Assembly: GCA_013375475.1 (NCBI GenBank)
Contig: JABXKD010000031.1
Coordinates: 1-39,826 of the forward strand
DNA: 39,826 nucleotides
Source: Promethearchaeota archaeon
GTDB taxonomy: Archaea > Asgardarchaeota > Lokiarchaeia > Sigyniarchaeales > SOKP01
Direction of reading: 5' to 3'
Position 1 is the stretch's first letter, and each line of letters opens with the position of its first letter. A model generated the notes under the pieces. It was not told the DNA's origin. It was given only the letters and a program-made list of their open reading frames with translations, and made no database searches. Of the stretch, positions 1 to 8,943 are shown one piece after another. The position numbers and the translations under genes were made by a program.

Positions 1-456
1 AGCTGCTACTAATTCTAAGAAGAACGAAGGTAATATAACGACCAAAAGAGTGATAAGAAATATATAGACACCAACCAATGTCACAGCTATTAAAAGCCTG
101 AGCGTAGTGTAATCTTCATATTTTTTAGCCAAAACTCTATCTTTGAATAATCTTTGGCAAAGTTTTAATATTCCGCCTCTGAATAACACATAGAAGAGAA
201 CAAGTAAGAAAAGATGGAGTACTACGATACCAACAATTATAAGAGCAACAACACCTATTCCCAATTCGAACAAATCATCCCATTTACCCGCCTCAATCAA
301 CCATCCTATAATTGTTAGCCAGATACCTAAAATTGTTACTGCTGAAGCTATAATTATAGAGTAGTATATGGTTTTAGCTATTCGTAAATCCCAGGTACTA
401 TACTGGTCTAAAGGATCAGCATCTCTTGTTGGTGCTTTTCGCGATTTGCGTGGCAT
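1..456 (-). CDS. Multi-pass membrane protein, hypothetical (runs off the left edge, 3' end missing)
   Basis: Not in the ORF track. ATG at 456 (- strand) reads MPRKSRKAPTRDADPLDQYSTWDLRIAKTIYYSIIIASAVTILGIWLTIIGW..., open to position 1, with at least 3 hydrophobic segments. Confidence 0.8.
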   Translation of the reverse strand, partial: MPRKSRKAPTRDADPLDQYSTWDLRIAKTIYYSIIIASAVTILGIWLTIIGWLIEAGKWDDLFELGIGVVALIIVGIVVLHLFLLVLFYVLFRGGILKLCQRLFKDRVLAKKYEDYTTLRLLIAVTLVGVYIFLITLLVVILPSFFLELVAA

Positions 457-570
457 TTTAATTTCCTCTAATTATATTAGATTTTCTAATTTTTATTATA
501 ATATTGTTATTTTAGTTTATTTGAATAATTTGCCTATATAAATATTGTGTGATTGATAAAATAGAGATCA

Positions 571-1026
571 CTAATATATAACTAAGGAGGAATGACAATA
601 TGGACACCGACTAATCCCCTTTTCAATATCCTCGCCACAATAGGGGCAGAATGTTAGATCTTTTTCTTTTTCTTCTTCTTCCTCTTCTTCTGTTTCTAAA
701 GGGCTCTCTTTTTCTTCCTTAGTTTTCTTTTCCTTTGCTTTTCCTGCTTTCTTAAGTATTCTTTCTCTTTGTGTTAAAGGTTCTCCATCTTCCTCTGGTT
801 TTTTATGGGGTTCGGCTGAAAACTCTACTTTTGTTCGACAAGTAGGACAATGATTCTTTTTCCTTTTTGCGTAAACAATCGCGAATACAATTGCGCCAAT
901 ACCTATCGTAGCAATCGAAATCATAACCCAAATGACTTTCTTAAACGTTTCCATTGGTTCTCTTACGGGATGTTCAACTTCTTTATCACAAATTTTGCAG
1001 TAAGCATATTTTGTCGTATTATTCAA
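571..1026 (-). CDS. LITAF-like zinc-ribbon membrane protein with charged linker and C-terminal double zinc ribbon
   Basis: CKIC, a hydrophobic stretch, then HCPTC; Lys/Glu-rich linker; C-terminal FCPYCG...RCPYCH. TTG start. Confidence 0.75.
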   Translation of the reverse strand: MNNTTKYAYCKICDKEVEHPVREPMETFKKVIWVMISIATIGIGAIVFAIVYAKRKKNHCPTCRTKVEFSAEPHKKPEEDGEPLTQRERILKKAGKAKEKKTKEEKESPLETEEEEEEEKEKDLTFCPYCGEDIEKGISRCPYCHSSLVIY

Positions 1027-1180
1027 CTCAATAATATAAACTAATTATTTCTTAACTTATAATAGAGGGTTTTATTAAAAAAATTTTCATAATTTCTCTT
1101 ATTTTTGTCTTACATTCTTAAAAATTTTTTACAAGTACTTCATTTTATACAATACTAACTCAAAAACAATTTACAATCGC

Positions 1181-2494
1181 ATGGAAAAGAACACATTTTA
1201 CATTGAAACTTACGGGTGTGTCTCAAACAAATCTGACTCATACATTATGTCAACAGTCTTAAATAAATCGGGATATATCTCGTCCACAATTGAAGATGCA
1301 GAGTTCGTCATAATTAACACATGCGCGGTGAAACAACAAACTGAAAATAAAATAAAATCTCGTTTGAATGAGCTTTATTATAATTTTAGGGATGAAGTGA
1401 ATAAACGTTTTATAATTGCAGGGTGTTTGCCTCACATAGAAGCTAAATATATAGATGTCGTTAGGAATTTAATACCAAATTTCTCAGCGATTATCGATCT
1501 TGATAATATAAACGATCTGCCGTTAATTTTTGAAGAAATCAAATCAGGAAGTTCAAATCTCATTTACAAATCAAAAGATTCAATCGATAAATCTGAAATT
1601 TTAATAGATCATCCTAAAGGGAAAATTACTGGAATTGTTCCAATATCTGAAGGATGTTTAGGCTCTTGTACGTATTGCTGTGTCAAAAACGCTCGAGGTC
1701 ATTTGAACTGTTACAACCCACACAATATCATCGAAAACGTAAAACATCAATTAAAGCAAGGAATTAAGCAAGTCTATTTAACTTCTCAAGATTGCAGTAC
1801 ATATGATTATAAAAAGACAAAACTATTTGATTTAGTTACTGAACTTGTAGATTTAAATTATAAATTCTTTCTGAGAATAGGTATGATCAATCCAAGGTTT
1901 TTAATTGATGAGTTTGAGCAATTACTTTCGATATTCAAACTTAAAAAAGTCTATCAATTTTTGCATCTCCCTATTCAATCTGGTAGCGACTCAATCCTGA
2001 AGCATATGAATCGCTATTATAAAATTTCGGATATCGCAGATAAATTGAAAATCCTTAGAAAAAAGTTTCCATTGCTTACTATTTCAACCGATATAATATG
2101 TGGGTTCCCCGGAGAGACCAAAGAAGATTTTAATCAAACTATAGATTTAATTAAATGGCTAAAACCCGAAATTCTTAATGTCTCTAAGTTTACGCCTCGA
2201 CCAGGAACGAAAGCAAAAAACATGGAACAAGTGAATAGTAAAGTAATAAAACGAAGGTCTACAGCACTTTCTGACGTCTTCCGGCAGTCTTTACATAAGA
2301 TAAACTCTAAATGGGAAAACTGGGAAGGTGAGGTTTTAGTCTTACACGAAGGGTTGAAAGAAGATCAGGCTTTTGGTCGAAATCTCGCTTATAAAAATAT
2401 ATTTATTGAGAATTTTAAAGGAAATTTTGGTATGTTTGCGAAAGCTCGTATTTACAAAGTGGATGGATTTAATTTATTCGCTGAAATGATTTAG
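1181..2494 (+). CDS. mtaB: Archaeal MiaB-like tRNA methylthiotransferase (e-MtaB/CDKAL1 type), radical SAM
   Basis: UPF0004 Cys motifs TYGC, INTCAV, GCLP; radical SAM CLGSCTYC; HLPIQSGSD, DIICGFPGET, FTPRPGT; C-terminal TRAM-like region. Confidence 0.88.
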   Translation: MEKNTFYIETYGCVSNKSDSYIMSTVLNKSGYISSTIEDAEFVIINTCAVKQQTENKIKSRLNELYYNFRDEVNKRFIIAGCLPHIEAKYIDVVRNLIPNFSAIIDLDNINDLPLIFEEIKSGSSNLIYKSKDSIDKSEILIDHPKGKITGIVPISEGCLGSCTYCCVKNARGHLNCYNPHNIIENVKHQLKQGIKQVYLTSQDCSTYDYKKTKLFDLVTELVDLNYKFFLRIGMINPRFLIDEFEQLLSIFKLKKVYQFLHLPIQSGSDSILKHMNRYYKISDIADKLKILRKKFPLLTISTDIICGFPGETKEDFNQTIDLIKWLKPEILNVSKFTPRPGTKAKNMEQVNSKVIKRRSTALSDVFRQSLHKINSKWENWEGEVLVLHEGLKEDQAFGRNLAYKNIFIENFKGNFGMFAKARIYKVDGFNLFAEMI

Positions 2495-2499
2495 ACTTG

Positions 2500-3426
2500 C
2501 TATAGATTAAAAGATTCCAACGCTTTTTTCGCTACAATATCTCCCCATTCCTGAACAAAATGGCCTGCTTCTTTTAATTTTAGTGGTTCAGGGCATCCTG
2601 GTATGATCTCCCTCAATTTCTTCATAACTGAAGGTCCAAGAACGGGATCTTGCATCCCAATTGCCATAAACGATTCTCCAGTCCATTCTTTTTGGAACCA
2701 ATCTCGGGCTCGTCTAGATATTTCTGCACCCGGAGCATCATAAGTAGTCGGTAGTAAATTGGGGAATCTTCGTATCCCTGCTTTATACGTAATATCTGGA
2801 AAAGGAGCGTCGTAAGCCTTCATGTCTTCTGGGCTTAAATTTGATGTTCCTCTTAACATTAATCTACCAACATCCATATCTGGAGTATTATTTACCCAAT
2901 CTCTAAATCCTTTAAATCCTTGTGAGGGTACACCTTCACCAGTACCGAGGGTGGTATTCATTAAGATCAACTTAGAAAAACTAGTTGGCATTTCCATGGG
3001 CAAAGTTAGGCCAATTAAACCTCCCCAATCTTGACAAACTAATATGATATTCTTTAATTGCAAATATTTTATGAAAGCAATAATAGAATTACGATGGAAT
3101 TCAAAAGTATAAACTTCCTCTTCTATTGGTTTATCTGATCTCCCAAAACCATAATAATCTGGTACAATTACTCTATACTCCGCATTCACGAATATAGGAA
3201 TCATTTTTCTATACAAATAACTCCAAGTAGGTTGACCGTGTAAACATAAAAAGGTGAAATTTGAGTCATTTGGACCTTCATCTAAATAATGTAACCTCAT
3301 CCCCTCAAAACCTTCTAAGTTCTCAATATATTTTGGGCTAAATGGGAAATTGACAAGATTTTCAAATCGCTTTTCTGCTGTTCTCAATACTTCTATCAAT
3401 TGGCTCTTCACCTTATTGCTTTCCAT
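2500..3426 (-). CDS. dhlA: Haloalkane dehalogenase, HLD-I (DhlA-like) alpha/beta hydrolase
   Basis: LHYLDEGP, LCLHGQPTWSYLYRKMIP, GFGRSDKP, nucleophile QDWGG, acid GMQDPVLG, base AGHFVQE. Confidence 0.85.
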   Translation of the reverse strand: MESNKVKSQLIEVLRTAEKRFENLVNFPFSPKYIENLEGFEGMRLHYLDEGPNDSNFTFLCLHGQPTWSYLYRKMIPIFVNAEYRVIVPDYYGFGRSDKPIEEEVYTFEFHRNSIIAFIKYLQLKNIILVCQDWGGLIGLTLPMEMPTSFSKLILMNTTLGTGEGVPSQGFKGFRDWVNNTPDMDVGRLMLRGTSNLSPEDMKAYDAPFPDITYKAGIRRFPNLLPTTYDAPGAEISRRARDWFQKEWTGESFMAIGMQDPVLGPSVMKKLREIIPGCPEPLKLKEAGHFVQEWGDIVAKKALESFNL

Positions 3427-3526
3427 TTGTTATTTGGTAATTATTTATAATCTATCTAAACAAGTACAACTTTTAAATACAACTCAAATTAAATATAAAT
3501 TATAAAAAGGGAAATCTAAGATCAGC

Positions 3527-4339
3527 ATGCCAATAGTTGGAATAAATTATGAAAAATGTAATGGTTGTGGAATTTGTTTAACCGCATGTCCTTTACCAGG
3601 TTACTACTATAATAGAAACGAGGAAACTGACCAAATTATATATGACAGTCATGGAAAGAAGTGCTTGAAGTGCGGACAATGTATAACCCAATGTCCTGAA
3701 GATGCAATTATATACGAAAAAATGGGAAATACATCTACTTTTGAAGGAATTCAAAACATGGATTCTTATCTACCCTATAACAAATCATTTAATTTCTTAG
3801 CTGCTTGTCGCTCAACAAGGAGATATAAGAAACAACAAGTTCCAAACGAAATCTTGGAAAAAGTCTTAAAGGCAATGTCATTTGCACCCACTGGAGTTAA
3901 CATGCGAGCCGAGACTTTTACTGTTATTTCAGACCAAGAAGTCCTAAGATCTCTTTCAAGCGCTATAATTGAAGAATTAAAGAAGAACGAAATTACATGG
4001 CGAATATTCCGAAGGCAATTTTCGATTATAACTACGATTTATGATATACCGGTTTTCTACGATGCTCCTCATGTAATATTTATTAGTTCTCCTTTAAATA
4101 TAGTATTTGGAGGTTTTAATCTAGGTAACATTATTACTTACGGGAGATTAGCGGCTCAGTCGTTAGGATTAGGGACGTGTTGGAATGGATGGACACAAAT
4201 GGCAAATGATAGTAATCCTAAAATCAGAGGAAGCGTAAAATTGAAAGGACCCTTATTAATCGCGTTCACGATAGGATATCCGGATGTAGCATTTCATAGA
4301 ATTCCACCTAGAATAGAAAAAGAAGTTCGATTTATTTGA
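3527..4339 (+). CDS. Nitroreductase family protein with N-terminal 2[4Fe-4S] ferredoxin domain
   Basis: CNGCGICLTACP and CLKCGQCITQCP; RSTRRY, APTGVN, AAQSLGLGTCW, IGYP. Confidence 0.9.
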   Translation: MPIVGINYEKCNGCGICLTACPLPGYYYNRNEETDQIIYDSHGKKCLKCGQCITQCPEDAIIYEKMGNTSTFEGIQNMDSYLPYNKSFNFLAACRSTRRYKKQQVPNEILEKVLKAMSFAPTGVNMRAETFTVISDQEVLRSLSSAIIEELKKNEITWRIFRRQFSIITTIYDIPVFYDAPHVIFISSPLNIVFGGFNLGNIITYGRLAAQSLGLGTCWNGWTQMANDSNPKIRGSVKLKGPLLIAFTIGYPDVAFHRIPPRIEKEVRFI

Positions 4340-4442
4340 TTAGGACTCGCTAAAAAAAGATTAAATTTTATTACCTAATTTAATAATGAAGAATCTACTC
4401 AAATTCTATAAATTAAAAATTAAAAATTAAAAAATAGAATCT

Positions 4443-4450
4443 AAAAAAAA
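4443..4450 (-). terminator. Putative oligo-T terminator after hdrB
   Basis: T8 on the coding (-) strand 3 nt after the stop codon, followed by further T-rich tracts. Confidence 0.45.
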
Positions 4451-4453
4451 GGC

Positions 4454-5350
4454 TTATTTCGCTTCTTTAAGCCCAAACTTCTCAAGAAAACCGGATAATC
4501 GAGCCCGATGGAATTTCAAACCGATATCGTCGGGATTAAATCCAAAGGCTAAAGCATACAATTCTGTCAGGTATAAGATGGGGATATGGAAGGTATTATT
4601 AGATTGAGTGCCTGCATTTTTTTGATTGGTATCTAACTGTTGGAAACAAGCAGGGCAAATCACTACAAAAGCGTCAGCTCCGGCTTTTATTGCGCTGGAT
4701 AACTTATTTGCTAATATTTGATTTGATACTTCTGGTTCAGTATTTCCAACGCCTGTACCACAACATACGAACTCCTCGTCGTAATCAACTGGTGTTGCTC
4801 CAGTAGCAGCGACTAATTCTCGTAACTTCTGTGGCTCCATTGGATCATCAGTTTGAATTATTTCCGAAGGCCTATTATAATGACAACCTGTATGACAAGC
4901 AATTTTTAACCCTGAGAAATCGTGAGTGACGAATTCTTTAATCTTTTCAAGACCGAATTCGTGCAAAACTTCAACAAAGTGCTTTACATTAATTGTACCT
5001 TTGAATTCTTTTCCAATTTTCCCCAAAATATCATTTATCCTTTTTTTCTCGTGATCGTTGTGATTTAACTCCGAGTTCACAAGCTTTAAAGTTTGAAAAC
5101 AACCATTGCAAAGAGATACGATGTCTTTTCCTTCAGTTTCAGCAAGAACAAGATTACGAGCTCCCATAGCTAACCAACTGGTATGATCGATTGCGTGAAA
5201 TCCAACAGGATCAGGACAGCACGAAAAAGCAGCGTCAGAAGTCTTTATTCCCAGCTTCTCAAAAACTTTACGTGAACTTGCTTCTATAAACGGAATACGA
5301 TTCCCGATAGTGCAGCCAGCGAACATTTTATATTCATCAACTTTTGCCAT
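4454..5350 (-). CDS. hdrB: Heterodisulfide reductase subunit B-like (CCG domain) protein
   Basis: FAGC, SCCPDP, LCNGC, HTGCH-x-x-RP, CCG, CPACFQQLD; C-terminal IPILYLTELYALAFG. Confidence 0.9.
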   Translation of the reverse strand: MAKVDEYKMFAGCTIGNRIPFIEASSRKVFEKLGIKTSDAAFSCCPDPVGFHAIDHTSWLAMGARNLVLAETEGKDIVSLCNGCFQTLKLVNSELNHNDHEKKRINDILGKIGKEFKGTINVKHFVEVLHEFGLEKIKEFVTHDFSGLKIACHTGCHYNRPSEIIQTDDPMEPQKLRELVAATGATPVDYDEEFVCCGTGVGNTEPEVSNQILANKLSSAIKAGADAFVVICPACFQQLDTNQKNAGTQSNNTFHIPILYLTELYALAFGFNPDDIGLKFHRARLSGFLEKFGLKEAK

Positions 5351-5457
5351 AATAAATCCTCTTTTTAATTTTGGAATAGTTATAATTATTCAAGTGCTAA
5401 ATTTAATAAAAATATTGTTGATCTAAGTATATCTAAATCTTTTTTTTTTTTTTATTC

Positions 5458-7044
5458 CTAAAAGGTATATCTTTTTCCTTTTTCAGGTAAAATCACATTT
5501 CCAGTTAAACCGAATTCTTTAAATGTTTCAGGGTGTTCGGTATGAACGGGAAAAATCTTATCTGCGTTTATTTGCTGAAGAAAATCTATTAAATCATCGA
5601 CATTAGAATGACCAGATGAATGGATCGTTTCCGTTTTTGTAATTTTAAATCTTTCTAACCATGCATCTAATTTCTCCTCTTGAATATTCATCTCTTCATT
5701 AAATGGATCTGTAGTTGAATTTAAGAATAGGGTGCTATTCGGTTTCTGATCTATATCAATTAGTTCGTTTATCATAAAATAATCGAGGTAAAGTAAATAT
5801 TTTTCTGGTTCTTTTTTCACGTCCTTATATGTAATATAGTTATCAATCTTAAATATATCGTTTTGATAGGCTAATTTATAATCTGCAGCTTCAAATTTGC
5901 CCCACCCCTTACGTGGTAAATACACTACAAAGTTTTTATCGCTATAATCGGGCAGATTATAATCTTTATAATACTGTTTTATGCGACTTTCTTCCATCTC
6001 GTCAAATTTGGTTCTAAAACTATCTATTAAATGAAATATTTTAGGTGTAATTGCGAATCTTCTGTTAAACTTTTTAGCAAGAGAATAATACAACAGTATC
6101 CTATCGAGATTTCTAGAAGGACACCTCACAAGAATTAATCCAGAGTGATCTTCTATTTTATCAGCTGACTGCTTTTTAACATCACTTTCCGATTGCTCTT
6201 TACTCTTATAAGTGCCATTTTTATAATCTTCAACGGAAGTAACTCTTGTACCTTCAGTAATAATTGATACGGGGTTTGAATTGTGAGCTTGCTTGATGAA
6301 TTCATCAACCCATTCGCTATGAAATCCATGTCTTCTAAAATCACCAGTATAGACTATGCTTCTCCCATCATTCTCAATTATGTAAGAGCACGCACCGGGA
6401 ATTGAATGATCGGTCTGAAATTGAGTAATATTTATCTCACCTTGAGATGATTTAAATCGAGAAGGCTTTCCCTCTTTCATGATTCTGATAGGTCTTTTAA
6501 TGTCCGAGGGCTTATAATCTGGTTTTGTTGCTCTTTTATATTCAATTTCTTCGTTTCCACTTTGCCTTTTTTTGGGGACCATCTTAAAAGATTCGTAGAA
6601 ATTTAAAACTTCAGGTACCAGCGTATCGTTTGTAGTACTTATGAGATTTTGTAATATCGTATTTGAAATCCAGTTCATGTATATTGGTGTATTTTGTTTG
6701 AGAAAACCAATAAATTTGTAGTGATCAAGGTGAGCGTGAGTGAGGAAAAACGCATCTACGATATTCTCGTTAGTCGTTATAATATTGTATGGATCAGAAT
6801 TCAATCTATCGGAAAAGGGAGTAATTAAATCGTTTCTGTATAGCTTATTAATCGGTGGGATGAGTCCTAAGTATAAATAATCAATAATTCCGTTAAGTTT
6901 GCGAGGATTGAGGAATTCAGAAAAATATTTTTGGTTATCGCTAAATGAAAGTCCAAAATCAAAGAGAAACTTTTTATCACCAATATTAATGAATATCTTA
7001 TTCCCTCCAATTTCACCAACCCCACCAAAAACCTCAATATTCAT
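5458..7044 (-). CDS. RNase J-like metallo-beta-lactamase fold hydrolase
   Basis: GGVGEIGGN, FDFG, THAHLDH, DHSIPGA, YTGDFR, ITEGT, HSSGH, PVHTEH. ATG at 7044 preferred over TTG at 7059. Confidence 0.8.
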   Translation of the reverse strand: MNIEVFGGVGEIGGNKIFINIGDKKFLFDFGLSFSDNQKYFSEFLNPRKLNGIIDYLYLGLIPPINKLYRNDLITPFSDRLNSDPYNIITTNENIVDAFFLTHAHLDHYKFIGFLKQNTPIYMNWISNTILQNLISTTNDTLVPEVLNFYESFKMVPKKRQSGNEEIEYKRATKPDYKPSDIKRPIRIMKEGKPSRFKSSQGEINITQFQTDHSIPGACSYIIENDGRSIVYTGDFRRHGFHSEWVDEFIKQAHNSNPVSIITEGTRVTSVEDYKNGTYKSKEQSESDVKKQSADKIEDHSGLILVRCPSRNLDRILLYYSLAKKFNRRFAITPKIFHLIDSFRTKFDEMEESRIKQYYKDYNLPDYSDKNFVVYLPRKGWGKFEAADYKLAYQNDIFKIDNYITYKDVKKEPEKYLLYLDYFMINELIDIDQKPNSTLFLNSTTDPFNEEMNIQEEKLDAWLERFKITKTETIHSSGHSNVDDLIDFLQQINADKIFPVHTEHPETFKEFGLTGNVILPEKGKRYTF

Positions 7045-7206
7045 TTTTAACAATTCCAAGAAGTATAGTAATTTTAGGGTATTTTAACCCTAGATCTTAT
7101 TATATAAGATTTGAGATATAAAGCTTTACTATTTGGATGCATGACATAATATTTTAGATTTCCTCTTAATTTAACTGAAAATAGATATTTAATTTATCAA
7201 CGTTGT

Positions 7207-7224
7207 AAAAAAAAGAAAAGAAAG
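7207..7224 (-). terminator. Putative T-rich terminator
   Basis: CTTTCTTTTCTTTTTTTT on the - strand just after the stop at 7231. Confidence 0.4.
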
Positions 7225-7230
7225 AGTTTT

Positions 7231-7833
7231 TTAATCGAAGTTTTTACCACATTTGTTGCAAAAGTTTGCTTTAGCGGGTAGTGATGCACCACATTCAGGG
7301 CAGAACTTACTTCCGGCATTATCGGAAGAAGATTCTATTTCTTCTATTTCTTCCACCTTTTCCTCACCTTTCTCCGCTCTTTTAAATAGAAACTTACCAA
7401 TAACTACAATTGCAGTTCCTGCTAAAGCCATACTTGAATCGAAAGTAAAAATACTGTGAACATTGTCCAGAATCGTTTGCCATGTAGGATTAAGGGCAAT
7501 GCCAAAATATCCCACTGCCCACGAAACACCATAAATAATTAATCCTAAAATTCCAAAACCAGTTGCAATCGTTATAATTAATTTTCCCACTCTATTCCAT
7601 TTAATTAATATCAAGAATACAGCCACAAGAACCGAATATCCGCCGTATAAAGCTATATATCCTAAGATGACCATTATTGATGTGACGAATGGTATGAATC
7701 CTGGACCAATGAACCCAGCCAGAATTAACTGTTCTAAGAGTTTTGTATAGAACTGGCTTCCGACTGCACTACCAAGGATCATTAAAATCGCGCCAGCAAT
7801 TATTACCAAAAGCCAAAAATATTTAATTTTCAT
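7231..7833 (-). CDS. Four-TM membrane protein with C-terminal double zinc ribbon
   Basis: About 4 hydrophobic helices, acidic linker, FCPECGASLPAKANFCNKCG. Confidence 0.8.
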   Translation of the reverse strand: MKIKYFWLLVIIAGAILMILGSAVGSQFYTKLLEQLILAGFIGPGFIPFVTSIMVILGYIALYGGYSVLVAVFLILIKWNRVGKLIITIATGFGILGLIIYGVSWAVGYFGIALNPTWQTILDNVHSIFTFDSSMALAGTAIVVIGKFLFKRAEKGEEKVEEIEEIESSSDNAGSKFCPECGASLPAKANFCNKCGKNFD

Positions 7834-8012
7834 TTTTTTTTCTTTTCCATTATTTTAAGTATTTTCCATTTAGCTAGATATGATAATATAGAAATTAAAG
7901 TTTATAATTCTATTCTAACTCGGTAATAGCAAATAAATATATTAAAAATAAAGAAGTTATTTTTTTTCTTGAAAGTAGAATAGTAGAAAAGCACCCAGAA
8001 AAAAATAAACTT

Positions 8013-8822
8013 TTAGAGTTTTATTCTCTTAGAATGTGTGTAAATATTCATCTTCTTGCCTCGAGCAAATCCAATTAATGTAATTCCAAAAGAATCAGCA
8101 AGGCTTATACCGGACTCAACTGCAGCAGATAAAGAAGAAATAATTGGAATTTGTGCTCTAACAGCTTTAAGAACTATATCACCAGTTAACCTCCCCGTTG
8201 AAGTTAGAATTTTGTTGTCGAAGAGTTCCTTTTTAAATAGTAATTCACCAATAACTTTGTCTATTGCGTTATGTCTTCCTATGTCTTCTTTGACTGTTAT
8301 GAGAGAACCTTTGAGATCGAATATTGCAGCTCCGTGACAACCTCCCGTTTCCCTAAACAAGTTCGTGTTTTTTTGCATCTCAATCATTGATGAAAAAATA
8401 ACTTCTGAACTCACTGTTAAGACCGGCTCTAAATTCAATATACTATCCGTCTCAATTAATCTCTCTTTAATCAAGTTTCGCCAAGGGGAAGGGATTCCGC
8501 AAGTAGTATCAATCACTCTGCTGACTGGGGTTAGCTCCAAAATTTCTGAATTAAAATCTATAGAGTCTACCAACTCGACGTGAACTTGAGCTTCTGAATT
8601 ATCAATTTTTATTATATTGATATCGTCCATTTTATTTATGATTCCGATCGAAAACAAGAAACCTGTTGCTAATTCCTTTAAATCTTTATTGAGACAGATA
8701 ATGTTTACTAAAGGTTGAGAATTCACAAATATATCAATTGAGCTTTCAATGAGTACGGTATCCAGTTCTTCCTTTTTTTCTTCCTTGTGAATTCGCGTAA
8801 TTTTAACTTTTTTTTGAAACAC
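8013..8822 (-). CDS. fdhD: FdhD/NarQ formate dehydrogenase accessory sulfurtransferase
   Basis: ELATGFLFS, TTCG, FRETGGCHGAA, EDIGRHNAIDKVIG, STGRL, ITLIGFAR. GTG start. Confidence 0.92.
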   Translation of the reverse strand: MFQKKVKITRIHKEEKKEELDTVLIESSIDIFVNSQPLVNIICLNKDLKELATGFLFSIGIINKMDDINIIKIDNSEAQVHVELVDSIDFNSEILELTPVSRVIDTTCGIPSPWRNLIKERLIETDSILNLEPVLTVSSEVIFSSMIEMQKNTNLFRETGGCHGAAIFDLKGSLITVKEDIGRHNAIDKVIGELLFKKELFDNKILTSTGRLTGDIVLKAVRAQIPIISSLSAAVESGISLADSFGITLIGFARGKKMNIYTHSKRIKL

Positions 8823-8943
8823 GATACTAACCTTTTCTTAACGTAGGTAGATAATCAAGACTTCTTAAATAAATATTGATTTTATAATCAATAAAATCAA
8901 CTTTTATGCAATACTGAAAAACAAAAAAAAGTATGTGGAAGAT

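Noticed and set aside
4409-4436. Short AAATTAA tandem repeat
   Set aside because: Low-complexity DNA between convergent genes, best explained as T-rich terminator sequence.
7094-7110. ATCTTAT-TAT-ATAAGAT palindrome upstream of the RNase J-like gene
   Set aside because: Very AT-rich, overlaps the probable TATA box, single occurrence; cannot be separated from chance.
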